NCBI GenBank assembly: GCA_964016885.1
Contig: OZ024748.1
Coordinates: forward strand, 26,226,001 to 26,290,000
Direction of reading: 5' to 3'
DNA length: 64,000 nt
Origin: Eledone cirrhosa
Lineage: Eukaryota
The position numbers were made by a program, and so were the translations under genes. The notes beneath the pieces are model-generated. The model was not told the origin of the DNA and did not search any database. It saw nothing but the letters and a program-made list of their open reading frames with translations. Shown here one piece after another: positions 1 through 18,507 of the stretch. The stretch's first letter is position 1, and every line of letters begins with the position of its first letter.

Positions 1-6290
<6,290 letters not shown>

Positions 6291-6659
6291 CAACTTGTGT
6301 CTATGAATATTTTACAGACAAAACCTTTGCACATTTGCAAACACATTAAGTGCAATTGTATCTCTAGTATTAATTAGAACTGGTTGAGCTGCTAAAGTCA
6401 TCATGGCAAGGCAAGCTGTGAAGTTGTGTAAAGGGATAAATGTCTTTCTCTTTACTTTGTTAAAATTAAAACTTGCATACTTCTATTTCTCTCTATGCTC
6501 TCGTGTGAACACCCTTTCAAGGCCTATCCAATGTTACATATATCATCAAACATTCAAACAGCACTAAGAACATTACAACTCTTGAATGTAACTCAGGAGA
6601 ATTACACCATTCATAATCCTGCCAGTTTATTTCAATGTAAGGAAATACATCACTCTAAA

Positions 6660-7260
6660 TATATATTAAGATACAACTTTATTTCTATATAATAATGTAC
6701 ATTATAGATATGATTGAGCTACATATTACGACAAGTGTATATTCATATAAGGATATACATTCTAGATATGACCTAGCTACATATTAGGGCAAGTTTATTT
6801 CCATATAAGGATGTACATCATTCTAGATATGATTGAGCTACATATTACGACAAGTGTATATTCATATAAGGATATACATTCTAGATATGACCTAGCTACA
6901 TATTAGGGCAAGTTTATTTCCATATAAGGATGTACATCATTCTAGATATGATTGAGCTACATATTACGACAAGTGTATATTCATATAAGGATATACATTC
7001 TAGATATGACCTAGCTACATATTAGGGCAAGTTTATTTCCATATAAGGATGTACATCATTCTAGATATGATTGAGCTACATATTAAGACAAGTGTATATT
7101 CATATAAGGATATACATTATAGATATGACCTAGCTACATATTAGGGCAAAGTTTATTTCCATATAAGGATGTACATCATTCTAGATGTGACTGAGCAGCG
7201 TAGTAAGACACAAGAGTATTTTCATATAAGGATGTACATTATAGTTATGACCTAACTATA
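6660..7260. repeat. Minisatellite, 119-bp dimer of 58+61-bp subunits
   Basis: GAGCTACATATTA recurs at 6716, 6835, 6954 and 7073; the TAGCTAC variant lies 58 bp after each. Confidence 0.93.
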
Positions 7261-7261
7261 T

Positions 7262-9928
7262 GATATAATATAATATAATGAAATTATTGTGTACAGTGCT
7301 CAGATGTACTACAACTCATCAAAGTTGCATATATAGTACATAGAATAATGTACAGATGTCAGGAAAGTGAACAGAGTATGAATCATGATATACACACAGA
7401 CACATGCATACAAGTGTATAGAGGTAGAACATCAGGTGTAGTGTTGGCGGATTTTGGGAAGCATGTAGGTTTTGAAGGATGCAGTGTCCCGACAGCTAAC
7501 AACTGATGCAAGTAGTTTGTTCTATGCTTCAGCAACTCTGAGCGTGAAAAAATGTTTCCAAAAGTCATGGGAGCTGTGCTGTTTTCTGACTTTGTAGGCA
7601 TACCCATGGGTGTTAGACACATGGAATTCAAAAAGGTGCTCAGGGTTGTTGTTGGCATGATGGTTAATAATTTTGTGGGTGTTTACCAAGTCTGTTGCCA
7701 GACGTTGGAGCTTTAATGTATTCTTGCCCAGGGAAGCAGGGCATTCAGAGTATGGCAGATGCCCGATGGAGGGTATTTGCTTCGTTGCATGTCTCTGAAC
7801 AGTTTCCAGGAGGTCAATATTCTAAGCAAGATAGAGGTTCCAGACTGGTGATGTGAATTCTAAGTGTGGCTGCACCATATATATACAGCTTTAAATAAAT
7901 AGCTGGAGTTGTTGACAAAGGTCTTACTGACTGATGCCAAGACACCTTCAGCCTTCTTGACAATTTTAGAGAGATGCTTTGTCCAACACAAATCACTGCT
8001 GACAGTAATGCCCAGGTTACGTTCACAAGAAGACTTCTTGAGATTAGTGTCATGGAGGGAGTATGTGGACGCTGGGTTTTTGCTCTCAAAATGCATGGTG
8101 GTACACTTGTCCACAGCCTGCTTGAGTTGCCAGTCAGTCCGTAATCCATTACTGCATTGTGTCCAAGTCTGATTGCAGGAAAGATCTATAGTGTTCAGGA
8201 TCTGTCCTTTTTATCTCAAGGTACAGCTTGGTGTCATCTGCATATTTCAGCATTGTTGCATTCTTTAAGTTGGCATCTATGTCATTAATGTATGCAATAA
8301 ATAAAAGGAGACCAAGAACAGATCCCTGCGGTACACCGGATGACACTTCATAGGGTGAAGAATGGTGTCTTTGAACCGTGACTACCTCTTTTCGACTGAG
8401 AATGAAGGACTCCAACTAGTTATAAAGAGCATCTCTCACACCCATCGTAGAGAGTTTTGCCAGAAGTCTTTTGTGTGGCACAGATTTAAAAGCTTTAGCA
8501 AAATCAAGATAAACAACATCCACCCATGAGCCACCATCAGTGATCTGGGTGATGTCTTCAAGAAACTTGATGAGTTGATCACAGTAGCTGGAGTTAGGGA
8601 TAAATTCAAATTGTGAGGGGTGGATAAGGCTGTGAGAATTCTAGAACTTCCAGAGTGTTTCTCTGACACAGAATTTCATCAGTTTGGCAATGCAACTAGT
8701 AAGACTGACTGGATGGTAGTTGATAGGTGATGTGCGATCACCTTTTTTGAATAGAGGAATGACATTGCTAGTTTTCCACTGCTCTGGAGTAACACCATTG
8801 TTAAGACAGAATTGAAAGAAGAGTGAGAGCTGGTGTAGAAGAAAATACCCACCACGTTTGAGAAGCAGGGACGTAACACGTTCAAGACCAGGCGAGGCAT
8901 AGTTGTGCTTATTCTTAAGATGACGCATTGCAGGTGTAAATTCCATAGTTGTTATAGAATTTGATGTCAGAGGTGGTGGAGATGATATATTTTGGTTATC
9001 AGCAGTAAAAGATCATAGCATTCAGCAATTCAGCCTGCATAGCATTCAGCAATGAGTTCTGCGCATTCTTTGGGATTGTCAGTAATCTGGCTTGTGTGAG
9101 GATTGCGAAGAGGACCAACCGGAGACTGAGGTCTCTGCTTTGAATGTACATATTTCCAGAACACTCTGCTGTCGGGTTGGCTGCTATGCACTGTTCAAAT
9201 ACAAGTGTAGTAAGACGCCTCACGCTCCTTGATAGAACAACGCCGGTTGAGAACGCCAGAAAGAAAAGACAGACAGCCACTGGAAAGCCGACGGATCACA
9301 CGCCACATACCAGCCTCTGTACAACACCATTGTTTGTGCTACAACAAAAAATAAACGTATATTTCATCTCTAATTTCTGCTGTTATTATGTCACTTGCCT
9401 CTCGATAACATCTACAACTAATACTGCTAAACAAGCACACTGCCTTTTTTTGTCACCTGTTTGAGATGGTTGGATGATTTATTGCGCATTTTTCTATTGA
9501 TATCTGATCTATGTAGTTTGTATTCCCGTTCCACATTACAACATTCTTTCCTGGCAAGTCGGACTGCTGCAGTCTCCCAAATTGTACTTTTGAGATATTT
9601 TTTGTGCTTACATGGTATAGTGTTCACATCTCCAGAGTTGTAAAATTCAAGCCAGTTTGGGCGATGTAGCTCAGTGCAGTAATAGTTCCAGTCTGCTTTC
9701 TTTCAGTCAAAGTGAGCAGTTTGGAGATGGTTGTGGTTTTTGTTACTGCCCATAAGAGACAGATTGGCAATGATCATAGCATGATCAAAGTCACCTAAAG
9801 GTTCCTCAGTAGTGACACTAATAACTGTTTCAGGAGTAGTGGTAAAGAGCAGATCCAAAGTGTTGTCACTTTTTGTGGGGAGGTGACTACTTGGGACAAG
9901 CTCGAGTCCAGCACTAGCTCAAGGAAAT
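7262..9928 (-). mobile_element. 5'-truncated, frameshifted CR1-clade LINE (ORF2 RT remnant)
   Basis: Minus-strand fragments PEQWKTSNVIPLFKKGDRTSPINYHPVSLTS, SGVPQGSVLGLLLFIAYINDI, YADDTKLY, ERNLGITVSSDL; short (ATATT)n-like tail at about 7262-7280; several stops and frameshifts. Confidence 0.9.
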
Positions 9929-10290
9929 CATATATTAAGACACAAGTTTATTTCCATATAAGGATGTACATTATTAGAGACCTAGCTATATATTAAGACA
10001 CATGTTCATTTCTAAGTCAGGATGTATTTTAATATGACTGAGCTATGTATTAAGACAAAAAGTTTATTTCCATATAAGGATGTACATCATTATATTTATG
10101 ACATAAGACAATTTTATTTCTATATAATTGTTCTAGATATGACTGTGCTGTATTTAAGACAAGTGTATTTCTATATAAGAACATTATAGATATAAGAATG
10201 TACATTGTAGATATGTCCTAGATATGACTGAGCTATATATTAAGACACAACTTTATTTCCATATAAGGATGTATATCATTATAGATATGA
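9929..10290. repeat. Diverged continuation of the 58/61-bp minisatellite
   Basis: Same motifs (TTTCCATATAAGGATGTACAT, ATGACTGAGCTA) resume after the LINE. Confidence 0.85.
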
Positions 10291-10885
10291 TATAGAAAAC
10301 TAAAAATAATTTAAAGATAGATTCAAGACAGGCTCGTGTGAGAAATTCAAAAAACTAAAATCTAAATAAAGGAAATATTCATTACAACGAATTAGTTAAG
10401 AATTCAGGGGAGGCTATTTATTATGTCCTATTTTCACCTAAATGAACTTTTAAATCCATCAATCTTGTAAAGTCATTTGAGATTCAATTTAAAATTATTC
10501 CAAGTTCCATCGGGTTTCTTAAAGTGCTGAAAAATTAAATCTAATTTTATTTTGTGGCTGAGTGAAAATTTTACTATATTTGGGCGTCAGTTTATACAGA
10601 ATTTCAATCTTGTTTTCACTTGCCAAATCCATCTTTGACTAACTACGCAGTTGATATGACTAAATCTGAGACAGGGTGTTGGTAAATATCTCTAATATAA
10701 GTATAGTGGCTGTTAAATAATCTAGCTCTATAAGAGAAATACAAAGTAGATATTATGATGTTAAGGAAGTATCTGTAACTAAATGCTGAACAAATACCTC
10801 AATGGACTTTGTCTTTAAAATACTGGAGTGGGATTTTGTTTAATTGGGATTGTTGTTCTAACTCTGATGGCGTGAAGACCTAATG

Positions 10886-11097
10886 TGCATGTTTGTGTGT
10901 GTATATGTGTGTGTATACATATATTTGTGTGTGCATGTGTACATTGTGTGTGTGTAGTGTATGTATGGATACATGTGTGTTTGTGTGTGTTTGTGTACAT
11001 AGTGTGTGTGTGTGCATATGTATGGTGTATGTGTATATATGTGTATTTGTGTGCACATACATGTACATTGTGTGTATGTGTGTGTATATATGTGTGA
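10886..11097. repeat. Degenerate (TG/TA)n microsatellite
   Basis: Read directly. Confidence 0.9.
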
Positions 11098-11532
11098 AAA
11101 TCTTGACAGAGAAAAAAAACTTGTATAGTTGATGTTTTCAAAGTGTCAAGCTAACTTCATTAAGAAAAATGTGAAACCTTTGCTTTACACTATAGATGAC
11201 ACAAGCTACAGAAGAATTCATAAATTTCTAAAGAACAATATTATCTGAAGTAAAACTGTTCTAACTGGAAATTGAAACTGCTTCACTGTTTTTCAGTCAC
11301 TGTTAAAAGTTGTACAATACTTTCCCAAACATCTTTTCTCATTTCTATTATTTTTTCTCTGATCGAGACCTTTGGCGCTATGCAGTAATACAGAAGACCC
11401 ACCTTCCCTTATGTACAAAGTTAAACCTACAGTCAGTAGACACCTCTTGACCCAACCCACTACCCCTACTCCATCCTCCCACTTCCACCCACACCACCCT
11501 TTCTCTGTAATGTTATGGTGGTACCACAGAAC

Positions 11533-11980
11533 ATCCAGTCCACACTAAAGTGGTTGTGTAGGTGTCACAACAAAAAGCACCCAGTCCACACTGTAAAGTG
11601 GTTGTGTAGATGTCACAACAAAAAGCACCCAGTCCACACTGTAAAGTGGTCGTGTAGGTGACACAACAAAAAGCACCCAGTCCACACTAAAGTGGTCGTG
11701 TAGGTGTCACAACAAAAAGCACCCAGTCCATACTCTAAAGTGGTTGTGTAGGTGTCACAACAAAAAGCACCCAGTCCACACTAAAGTGGTCGTGTAGGTG
11801 TCACAACAAAAAGCACCCAGTCCACACTGTAAAGTAGTCGTGTAGGTGTCACAACAAAAAGCACCCAGTCCACACTGTAAAGTGGTCATGTAGGTGTCAC
11901 AACAAAAAGCACCCAGTCCACACTGTAAAGTAGTTGTGTAGGAGACACGGTAAAAAGGCCCAAAGTCCACACTGTAAATG
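11533..11980 (+). repeat. 46-48-bp tandem array (about 9-10 units) derived from an internal SINE segment
   Basis: Unit AAAAAGCACCCAGTCCACACTGTAAAGTGGTCGTGTAGGTGTCACAAC; runs directly into the SINE 3' end. Confidence 0.9.
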
Positions 11981-12112
11981 TGGTTGGTATTAAGAAGGGC
12001 ATCCAGCCATAGAAAACCAGCCAGATATGGTCCTATACGAGTGAGACAATTCCCATCTAACCCGTGCTAGCGTGGAAGATAGACGTTAAAAGATGATGAT
12101 GATGATGATGAT
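11981..12112 (+). mobile_element. SINE 3' portion with (GAT)n tail
   Basis: GGTTGGTATTAAGAAGGGCATCCAGC...GACGTTAAAAGATGATGAT; related inverted copies near 13940-14010, 21618-21760 and 24918-25190. Confidence 0.75.
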
Positions 12113-12226
12113 TAAATTCTCTTGATTTGTTTCTTTGCTAAATCATATCAATATTTTCAATAGGAGTTTCAATAATTACTTATGATGAAATTATTCGACT
12201 CCTGTCAAATAATTTATCCAAAATAA

Positions 12227-12410
12227 TTGTTTCTACTTTTGGCACAAGACCAGCAATTACCCAGTACATTACTGGTACTTTATTTTATCAACCCCGTAAG
12301 GATGAAAGGCAAAGTGAACCTCAGCGGGATTTGAACTCAGGACCGTAAAGGGACGTAACTCTATGCTGGAAAGCATGGCGTCTGACTCTCTACAGATACT
12401 GCCAATCCAC
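12227..12410 (-). mobile_element. tRNA-derived SINE (family with copies at 16346-16530, 18086-18261 and 26650-26770)
   Basis: B-box-like GAGTTCAAATCC on the minus strand; shared CTTTCATCC...GATAAAATAAAGTACCAGT core. Confidence 0.8.
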
Positions 12411-12664
12411 CAATTTATCCAAAATAATGAACCAATAACAGAAGAGGGTTTCTAGGCAGTCACTCACCTTGTTACCAATAGCAACAAAATTGTTTTAAGT
12501 CTTAAAAAAACAAACATAAAGATAGACACTTTAAATAATGTAGATCTGGATATACAAATAGGTAGACTGGCCATCACTGGAATGTCTTTCATACTTGTTT
12601 TATTTAATTAGAACTAGTCTGGGATTAACAATTTGACCTGAGTATTGTTATAGAAGATGACAAA

Positions 12665-12960
12665 TTTGCAGAGTCGTTAGAACGTTGGATAGAATGTTTT
12701 GCAGTATTCATTCTGGCCCTCTGCCCACTGAGTTCAAATCTCGCCAAGGTCAACTTTGCCTTTCATCCTTTCAAGATCGATAAGTACCAGTCTAATACTG
12801 AGGTCGATTCTTCCTCTGTCTCACTTCCTCTCTCAATCTGGAAGAAATCTGCTGTGTTTAGACTTGGAGAAGGATGGGCTCTGCCAGGCTTAAAATGCCT
12901 TAGAAACACTGTATATCACTATTGCATCCCTAACACTCCATCAGGAGTTATGGCACCATG
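12665..12960 (+). mobile_element. SINE-like element, longer variant; homolog at 27390-27690
   Basis: GAGTTCAAATC..GGTCAACTTTGCCTTTCATC..AAGTACCAGTCTA..CTGGAAGAAATCTGCT..CATCAGGAGTTATG shared by both copies. Confidence 0.7.
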
Positions 12961-13072
12961 CATGCATTGTTACAAAAACTTTACATTACTCTACACACAG
13001 TTATATTAGCTAAATTAAGTTTTTAATTTAAAACGCTAATTAATCCCATTATCTGACGTTTTTTAATTTCAG

Positions 13073-13103
13073 ATAACAGCTGTCCATCAGTCATATGCAG
13101 TGG
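13073..13103 (+). CDS. Candidate 31-nt coding micro-exon (ITAVHQSYAV-), likely the end of the signal peptide of the VWA-mucin gene
   Basis: CTGAC branch-like motif, TTTTTTAATTTCAG acceptor, TGG/GTAAGT donor; ends in phase 1 and joins the VWA exon in frame to give ITAVHQSYA-VECYGDVADF, with S-x-A at -3/-1. Confidence 0.6.
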
Positions 13104-13154
13104 GTAAGTTGTTTTCTCCTCACCTCCCTTTTTTTTAAATTTAATTTTCTGTCA

Positions 13155-13760
13155 GAATTGTAGGTTATTAGGTGGTTGGCAGGTTTCTGGAAGTTAGTGT
13201 TGCAAATGGTTAGTGCACTTGCATCACAAAATTCAAGAAGCCTCACTCCTTCTTCATTTCTTGAGCCGTAACCGTGCCCACCATGTACCCCAGTGTAACC
13301 ATCCTGGAGCTGTCCAACATGACCATTGAAGTCCCCTGCCAGCATAACGATGTCTCCGTCCTCTGTCACTGTGGTTGTTTGTAAAAGTTGCTCGTAAAAG
13401 CAGTCTTTCTCTTCTTTACCTAGGCCTGCCTGGGGAGCATAGGCAGAGATGATTGTCAGTAGTCTCCTGCCTACAACTAATCTAAGCTTAATTATTCTAT
13501 TACTAACTTGAACTACCTCTATTGTCTTATCGATCCATCTCTCAGGCAGTAAAATGCCTACTCCACCTAACCCATCATCATTACCCACCCAGAAAAACTT
13601 ATAACTAAGATGTTTGCCTGCGATTAGTCTTGCAGAGGCACCTCTCCATCTCATCTCTTGCACGCAGCACACATCCACATGCCTTTTCTCCAGCATCTCC
13701 ACTATTTCACCAGATCTACCTGTTAGAGTGCTAACTCTGAGATGCAACGTCTTCATATTC
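13155..13760 (-). mobile_element. RTE-clade LINE fragment, APE endonuclease domain
   Basis: ORF 13091-13813: VDVCCVQEMRWRG, IISAYAPQ, GDFNGHVG, RNEEGVRLLEFC; truncated after HLITY. Confidence 0.9.
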
Positions 13761-14084
13761 TTGTTCTTTTTCCTATAGTGCGATTGCTTGATGACGGTAG
13801 GGGGTTCTCGCACATGGCCTCACCAGCCACCCCACTACTGTGCACAATTCTAACATGGTTAGTGTTATTGCTGTTTACGCAGTTGTTGCAATTCTTATCT
13901 GTTGTGCTCATAGTTTTTGGCAGTAGTATATATACTGGTTGGATGCCCTTCCTAACACCAGCACCACTTTACAGCATGGACTGGGTGCTTTTATTCATGC
14001 CACCAGCACTAAAGAGGTTGTCTTACTGGACTCAGGGGCCCTCTCTACCCTTCACACACACACACACACACACACACATATAAA

Positions 14085-14252
14085 GATAGTGTGGTAAGAA
14101 ACCAGGTGGACCATAACACACCAGAGTACTCAATACTTAGGGCAGTAGAGTGGGTAATAGGAAAAGAGTCATCACCCGGACGTTCGGTTTAGTTCGGATC
14201 TAGCTGTCGAAATGGCCAGAGCTCAGCCGTCGGGGTCCTGACTCTTTTCCTA
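14085..14252 (+). mobile_element. Small element with a degenerate hammerhead-like fold; homolog of 18681-18885
   Basis: Shared 5' part GTGGTAAG..ACCAGGTGGACCATAA..GAGTGGGTAATAGGAA; GAAA-TGGC..GCCG-TC-GGGGT with AAAAGAGTCA/TGACTCTTTT stem; the CTGANGA box is degenerate (CGGACGT). Confidence 0.55.
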
Positions 14253-15084
14253 TATATATATATATGAGAGAGTTAATTACATTACTAAATCTTTCCAAAT
14301 TCTTATTTTCAAAAATGATTTGAAAAACATTGGGTGTGTTTTTTATTAGAAATATGGTAAGGTTCAAGATTTTAAACTTGTTTTGTGACATTTTAACTTC
14401 CAGTTACAAGGATCTAATTTTATAAATAAAAATGTCTGGGGAAACTTTACATTCCTTGATTTTAAGCTATCAGCTGTGGATATTATTGCAAATATCTAGA
14501 TTATGAACACATCAGATTTCCATTGGAATAATGTTTCAGATATAAGATTTTGCCTTTGTAAAAAGAGCCATGCCAACCTTAATCCATTAATTTCAGTTCC
14601 TCTGATAAGAAGTTCTATTATCACTTCATATATCTCTAGCAAGAAAATGTTGTGTATGTGGCCACAGGTGTGAGCTGACATTAACTCTTTTGTTACCACA
14701 TTTCTAATGAAAGATATTACCTATGGTTTTCAAATCATGAAAATAATAATAATAAAGAAAAAACACTGGTGTTTGGAATCTAACTTAACAAGATTCTTAC
14801 ATAAAATTATGATGGAAGGCTTTTAACTAAATATAAACACCTTGACTTTTTGATTACCATATTTTTAACGAAAGAGACTGTCTATGGTTTTCAAATAATT
14901 TTGAAAATAAAAAATTAGAGGTATTTTAATTTTAACTAACTTTTTCATCATCAAGCAGGTATTTCGAGCATAACTTAAAAGTTCTTGCATAAAATTATGA
15001 CAGAGATTTGACTATGAGTAATTTTTTTTTTCAAGTTGGAAGAAAGTAGATCAGTTGTCAACATCAACATTATTGGTTGTTTGT

Positions 15085-15410
15085 GAAGGCATGTGGCTTA
15101 GTGGTTGTTGTAGGGTATTTAACTCACAATCATAAGGTTGTAAGTTCAATTCATAGTGACATAGTGTGTCCTTGAGCAAGACACTTTATTTCATATTGTT
15201 CAATCTACCAGGATAGAAAAAAATGATCTGTACATATATATCAAAGGATTAGCTTTGTTACACACTGTGTCATATTGAATTTTCTTGAGAACTACATTAA
15301 GACTACATATAACTGTAGAATGCTCAACCATTTGCACTTTAATTTCACAAGCAGAGTGTTCTGTTGATTGCAACAGCTGAAACACACATTGTTAGAACTG
15401 ACAGAGGTCC
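15085..15410 (+). mobile_element. tRNA-derived SINE with CORE-like TGTGTCCTTGAGCAAGACACTT motif; inverted homolog at 21800-21947
   Basis: A-box-like TGGCTTAGTGG, B-box-like GTAAGTTCAATTC, core motif. Confidence 0.7.
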
Positions 15411-16345
15411 AATATATTAGGTAGGTGTTCAATCTATTATAGACGGTTAATATATTATTTTGACATTATGTTGCATTAACATGCAGTTTATTTACTATAT
15501 ATCCTCCTACTTAGCTGATACCATTGTTTAGGAATTAACCAAGAAGAAAATATTTATTTCTTATGTGCCAAGTGATATCATTAACATTTCAAGAGGATAA
15601 TTTTTTATATTCCATCTGCAGCGAGAGTATGCAATCGGAAAAATATTTACAAAATTAGATAAATACTTACTTCAACTAACATATAAGATTTCATAATTTA
15701 ATATGCAGTATTAGACAATGAAAGGCTTTAATATTTGGCAAAATAATAGGATACAAATGCACATAGTCAAAACATCACTGAAACGCCCAATTCACAAATT
15801 CAGTAAATACAAAACAATTGCATTTTGTTTCAGATATTGAAACAATATAACAGAACAGCAATTTTTAAACTTTCATTTTGCTAGTATTTTCATTAAGGCC
15901 TTTGTTTTTACATTGTATATGCTACATATTGTCTATATTCAGGATGGCTTATATTGTGCAAAGACAAGGTCCTTGATGGTAGCTGAGACAGTTAAATGTA
16001 AATACTTTGTGATCCTCTCAATTAATTTGTGCAAAATCGCAAGCTAGTTTGGGGGCTGATGAGGTCAGATGTGTACATGATTTTTGTATCATTCATGACG
16101 TTATTCTCAACTCTTATTGTAACATTAATCTCCATTTGCCTTCCTTTCTTTTTTGTCTTGCATGCTGTCAATGATGGCATTTGGCTGTTTTAACAACTAT
16201 TCTTGCATTTGAGTTTTCAAATTATTCCTATGAATTTCAAATAAACTCATGCTTTGTCTTGATTTTCAATGTTTATTTGTTTTGTTTTGTTTTATTTGTC
16301 ATCCTTTGCTCTATATAAAATACATATATATAATATTAATAATAA

Positions 16346-16530
16346 TTGTTTCTACTTTTTGGCACAAGGCCAGCAATTATCCCAGTGTATTACTGGTACT
16401 TTATTTTATCGACCCAGTAAGGATGAAAGGCAAAGTTAACTTCGGTGGGATTTGAACTCAGTTCGTAAAGGGACGTAACTGTGCTACAAAGCATGGCGTC
16501 CGACCCTCTACCGATACTGCCAATCCACCG
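16346..16530 (-). mobile_element. tRNA-derived SINE
   Basis: Closely similar to 12227-12410. Confidence 0.8.
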
Positions 16531-16668
16531 CCCTTATAATATTAATAATAATGAAGTATTAATATAACATCAATATGTTTATACACACGTGACACGTGTG
16601 AACCAATGGTAACTAAACATTACACACCAATACACTATATATATGTGTGTGTATATATATATGTATAT

Positions 16669-17315
16669 ATCATCATCATCATCATTTTACGTCCGCTTTT
16701 CCCTGCTTGCAAGGGTGGGACAGGTCTTATTCAGCACAGCATCTCTCCACTCGTCACGGTCCCTCGTCATCTCCACCGTGAGCTTCAATGATCTGAGGTC
16801 TGTTCTCACCACTTCCGCCCATGTTTTTCGTGGTCTACCTCTACCACGTCTTCCTTCAACTGGCATTTCCTGGCACTTCTTCACCCATCGGTCATCCTCC
16901 ATGCGCATCACATGTCCATACCACCTCAGTCTCCTCTCCCGTACACTACATTCTATCCCTCTCAGACACAGTTTCTCTCTCAACACATTTATGCTGGGTC
17001 GTTCACGCACATTTACACTGCACATCCAATGGAGCATGCTTGCCTCATTTCTCTCCAGCCGTCGCATATCCTCTGCAGTTGCTGCCCATGTCTCACTACC
17101 ATGCAGCATCGCGCTCCTCACACAGGCATCATACAACCGGCCTTTCGTACGCAGGGAGAAACCCTTCTTCGTCAACAGAGGAAGCAGCTCCCTAAACTTC
17201 TTCCAACCCGTCCTTATTCTAGATACTATGGCCTCGGAACACCCTCCTCCCATGCTAATCTGATCTCCTAGGTACCGGAAGCTATCCACCATTTCTATAG
17301 CGCCCTCTTGCATTT
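16669..17315 (-). mobile_element. RTE-clade LINE 3' end (RT C-terminus) with (GAT)n tail
   Basis: ORF 16687-17313: FRYLG, KGRLYDACVRSAMLHGSETW, RRLRWYGHVMR, GRRGRGRPRKTW; (CAT)n at 16669-16685. Confidence 0.92.
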
Positions 17316-17368
17316 GAAAAATGTGTCTATCAGTGCGACTTCTACTGTCATATACATATATATATATC

Positions 17369-18030
17369 GAAAAAATGAAATTTCATTTCTCACTCTTAGT
17401 ACGGCTGATACTTAAATATAAATATATATACGTACATACATATATGTATACAGACGTACAGTAGTATGTATATACATATATATATACGTATGGGTTTACC
17501 GAACATTTATTATAATGTTCGGTTTGTTTGTAAACAAACAGCCCGAATTTAACCGTACAGTGTTTGGCAACCATCGTTGCCCTTTACGTATACATACTTA
17601 TATTTAAGTATCAGCCATACTAAGAGTGAGAAATGAAATTTCATTTTTCCATTTATCTTTTCGGTACGCCCGGCCGACTAACTCACTCGATATGCAAATT
17701 AGGCTGCTCAGCCGTTAATATGCATAAGGAAAGTATATACTTTCAAACGTTCAATCGACTGACAGGAAGGTATACGGTGCTGATGACAGCTAATAAGCTA
17801 GAAACTAGTTCATCGTTCCTTTGTCAGTGTTGAAAAAAAGGGCAACGATGGTTGCCAAACACTGTACGGCTTAATTCGGGCTGTTTGTTTACAAACAAAC
17901 CATACATTATAATAAATGTTCGGTAAACCCATACGTACATATATATATGTGTGCATGTATGTATATACATACTACTGTACGTCTGTATACATATATGTAT
18001 GTATGTATACATATATATATATATATATAT
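17369..18030. mobile_element. Inverted, circularly permuted element (A B A' C B') containing a hammerhead
   Basis: 17369-17420 is the inverse of 17598-17650; 17421-17585 is the inverse of 17838-18020; flanked by (TA)n. Confidence 0.75.
17758..17828 (+). ncRNA. Type I hammerhead ribozyme motif with minimal palindromic stem III
   Basis: ACGGTG-CTGATGA(17780)-cAGCTaataAGCTa-GAAA-CTAG-TT-CATCGT; stem I extended by ACTGACA..AAGG / CCTT.TGTCAGT; first stem II pair is a C/A mismatch. Confidence 0.7.
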
Positions 18031-18085
18031 ATATGATATTAATAAATGGAAACTATATCTATAAAACCATATTTACTCTATTATT

Positions 18086-18261
18086 CGCAGTATCGGTAGA
18101 GGGTTGGACGCCATGCTTTCTAGCATAGTTACATCCCTTTACGGTTTGAGTTCAAATCCCGCCAAGGTTAACTTTACCTTTCATCCTTACGGGGTCGGTA
18201 AAATAAAGTACCAGTAATGTACTGGATAATTGCTGGCCTTGTGCCTAAAAATAGAAACAAT
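18086..18261 (+). mobile_element. tRNA-derived SINE inserted in the palindrome arm
   Basis: GAGTTCAAATCCCGCC B-box; absent from the right arm. Confidence 0.85.
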
Positions 18262-18446
18262 TATATATATTTCAAGGGTACCAAAACTTTGGTACGATCT
18301 CATCAGATAAAATACAAAGTTTGTTTTACAAATATTGACATATCCAGGAAGGAGATCTTAATGGTTCAAGTTTTTCCTGGATAGTTGAAACTTGAACCGT
18401 TAAGATCTCCTTCCTGGATATGTCAATATTTATAAAACAAACTTTG

Positions 18447-18507
18447 TATTTTATCTGATGAGATCGTACGAAAGTTTTGGTACCCTTGAAATATATATAA
18501 TAGAATA
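18447..18507 (+). ncRNA. Type I hammerhead ribozyme motif
   Basis: TATTTTAT-CTGATGA(18455)-stem II GTAC..GTAC-GAAA-TATATA-TA-ATAGAATA; the 8-bp stem I pairs with one G-U. Confidence 0.7.

Noticed and set aside
6403-6520. ATG-initiated hydrophobic stretch as the first exon
   Set aside because: No convincing phase-0 donor
11533-11980. CRISPR-like array
   Set aside because: No unique spacers, no cas genes, eukaryotic context
14680-15010. Diverged duplicated repeat with TTAAC(C/T)CTTT end, related to 22500-22662 and 27850-27990 (piggyBac-like?)
   Set aside because: Too degenerate to define termini or classify
16056-16115. CTGATGA followed by a GTCA..TGAC stem
   Set aside because: No GAAA box or stems I/III; at most a remnant
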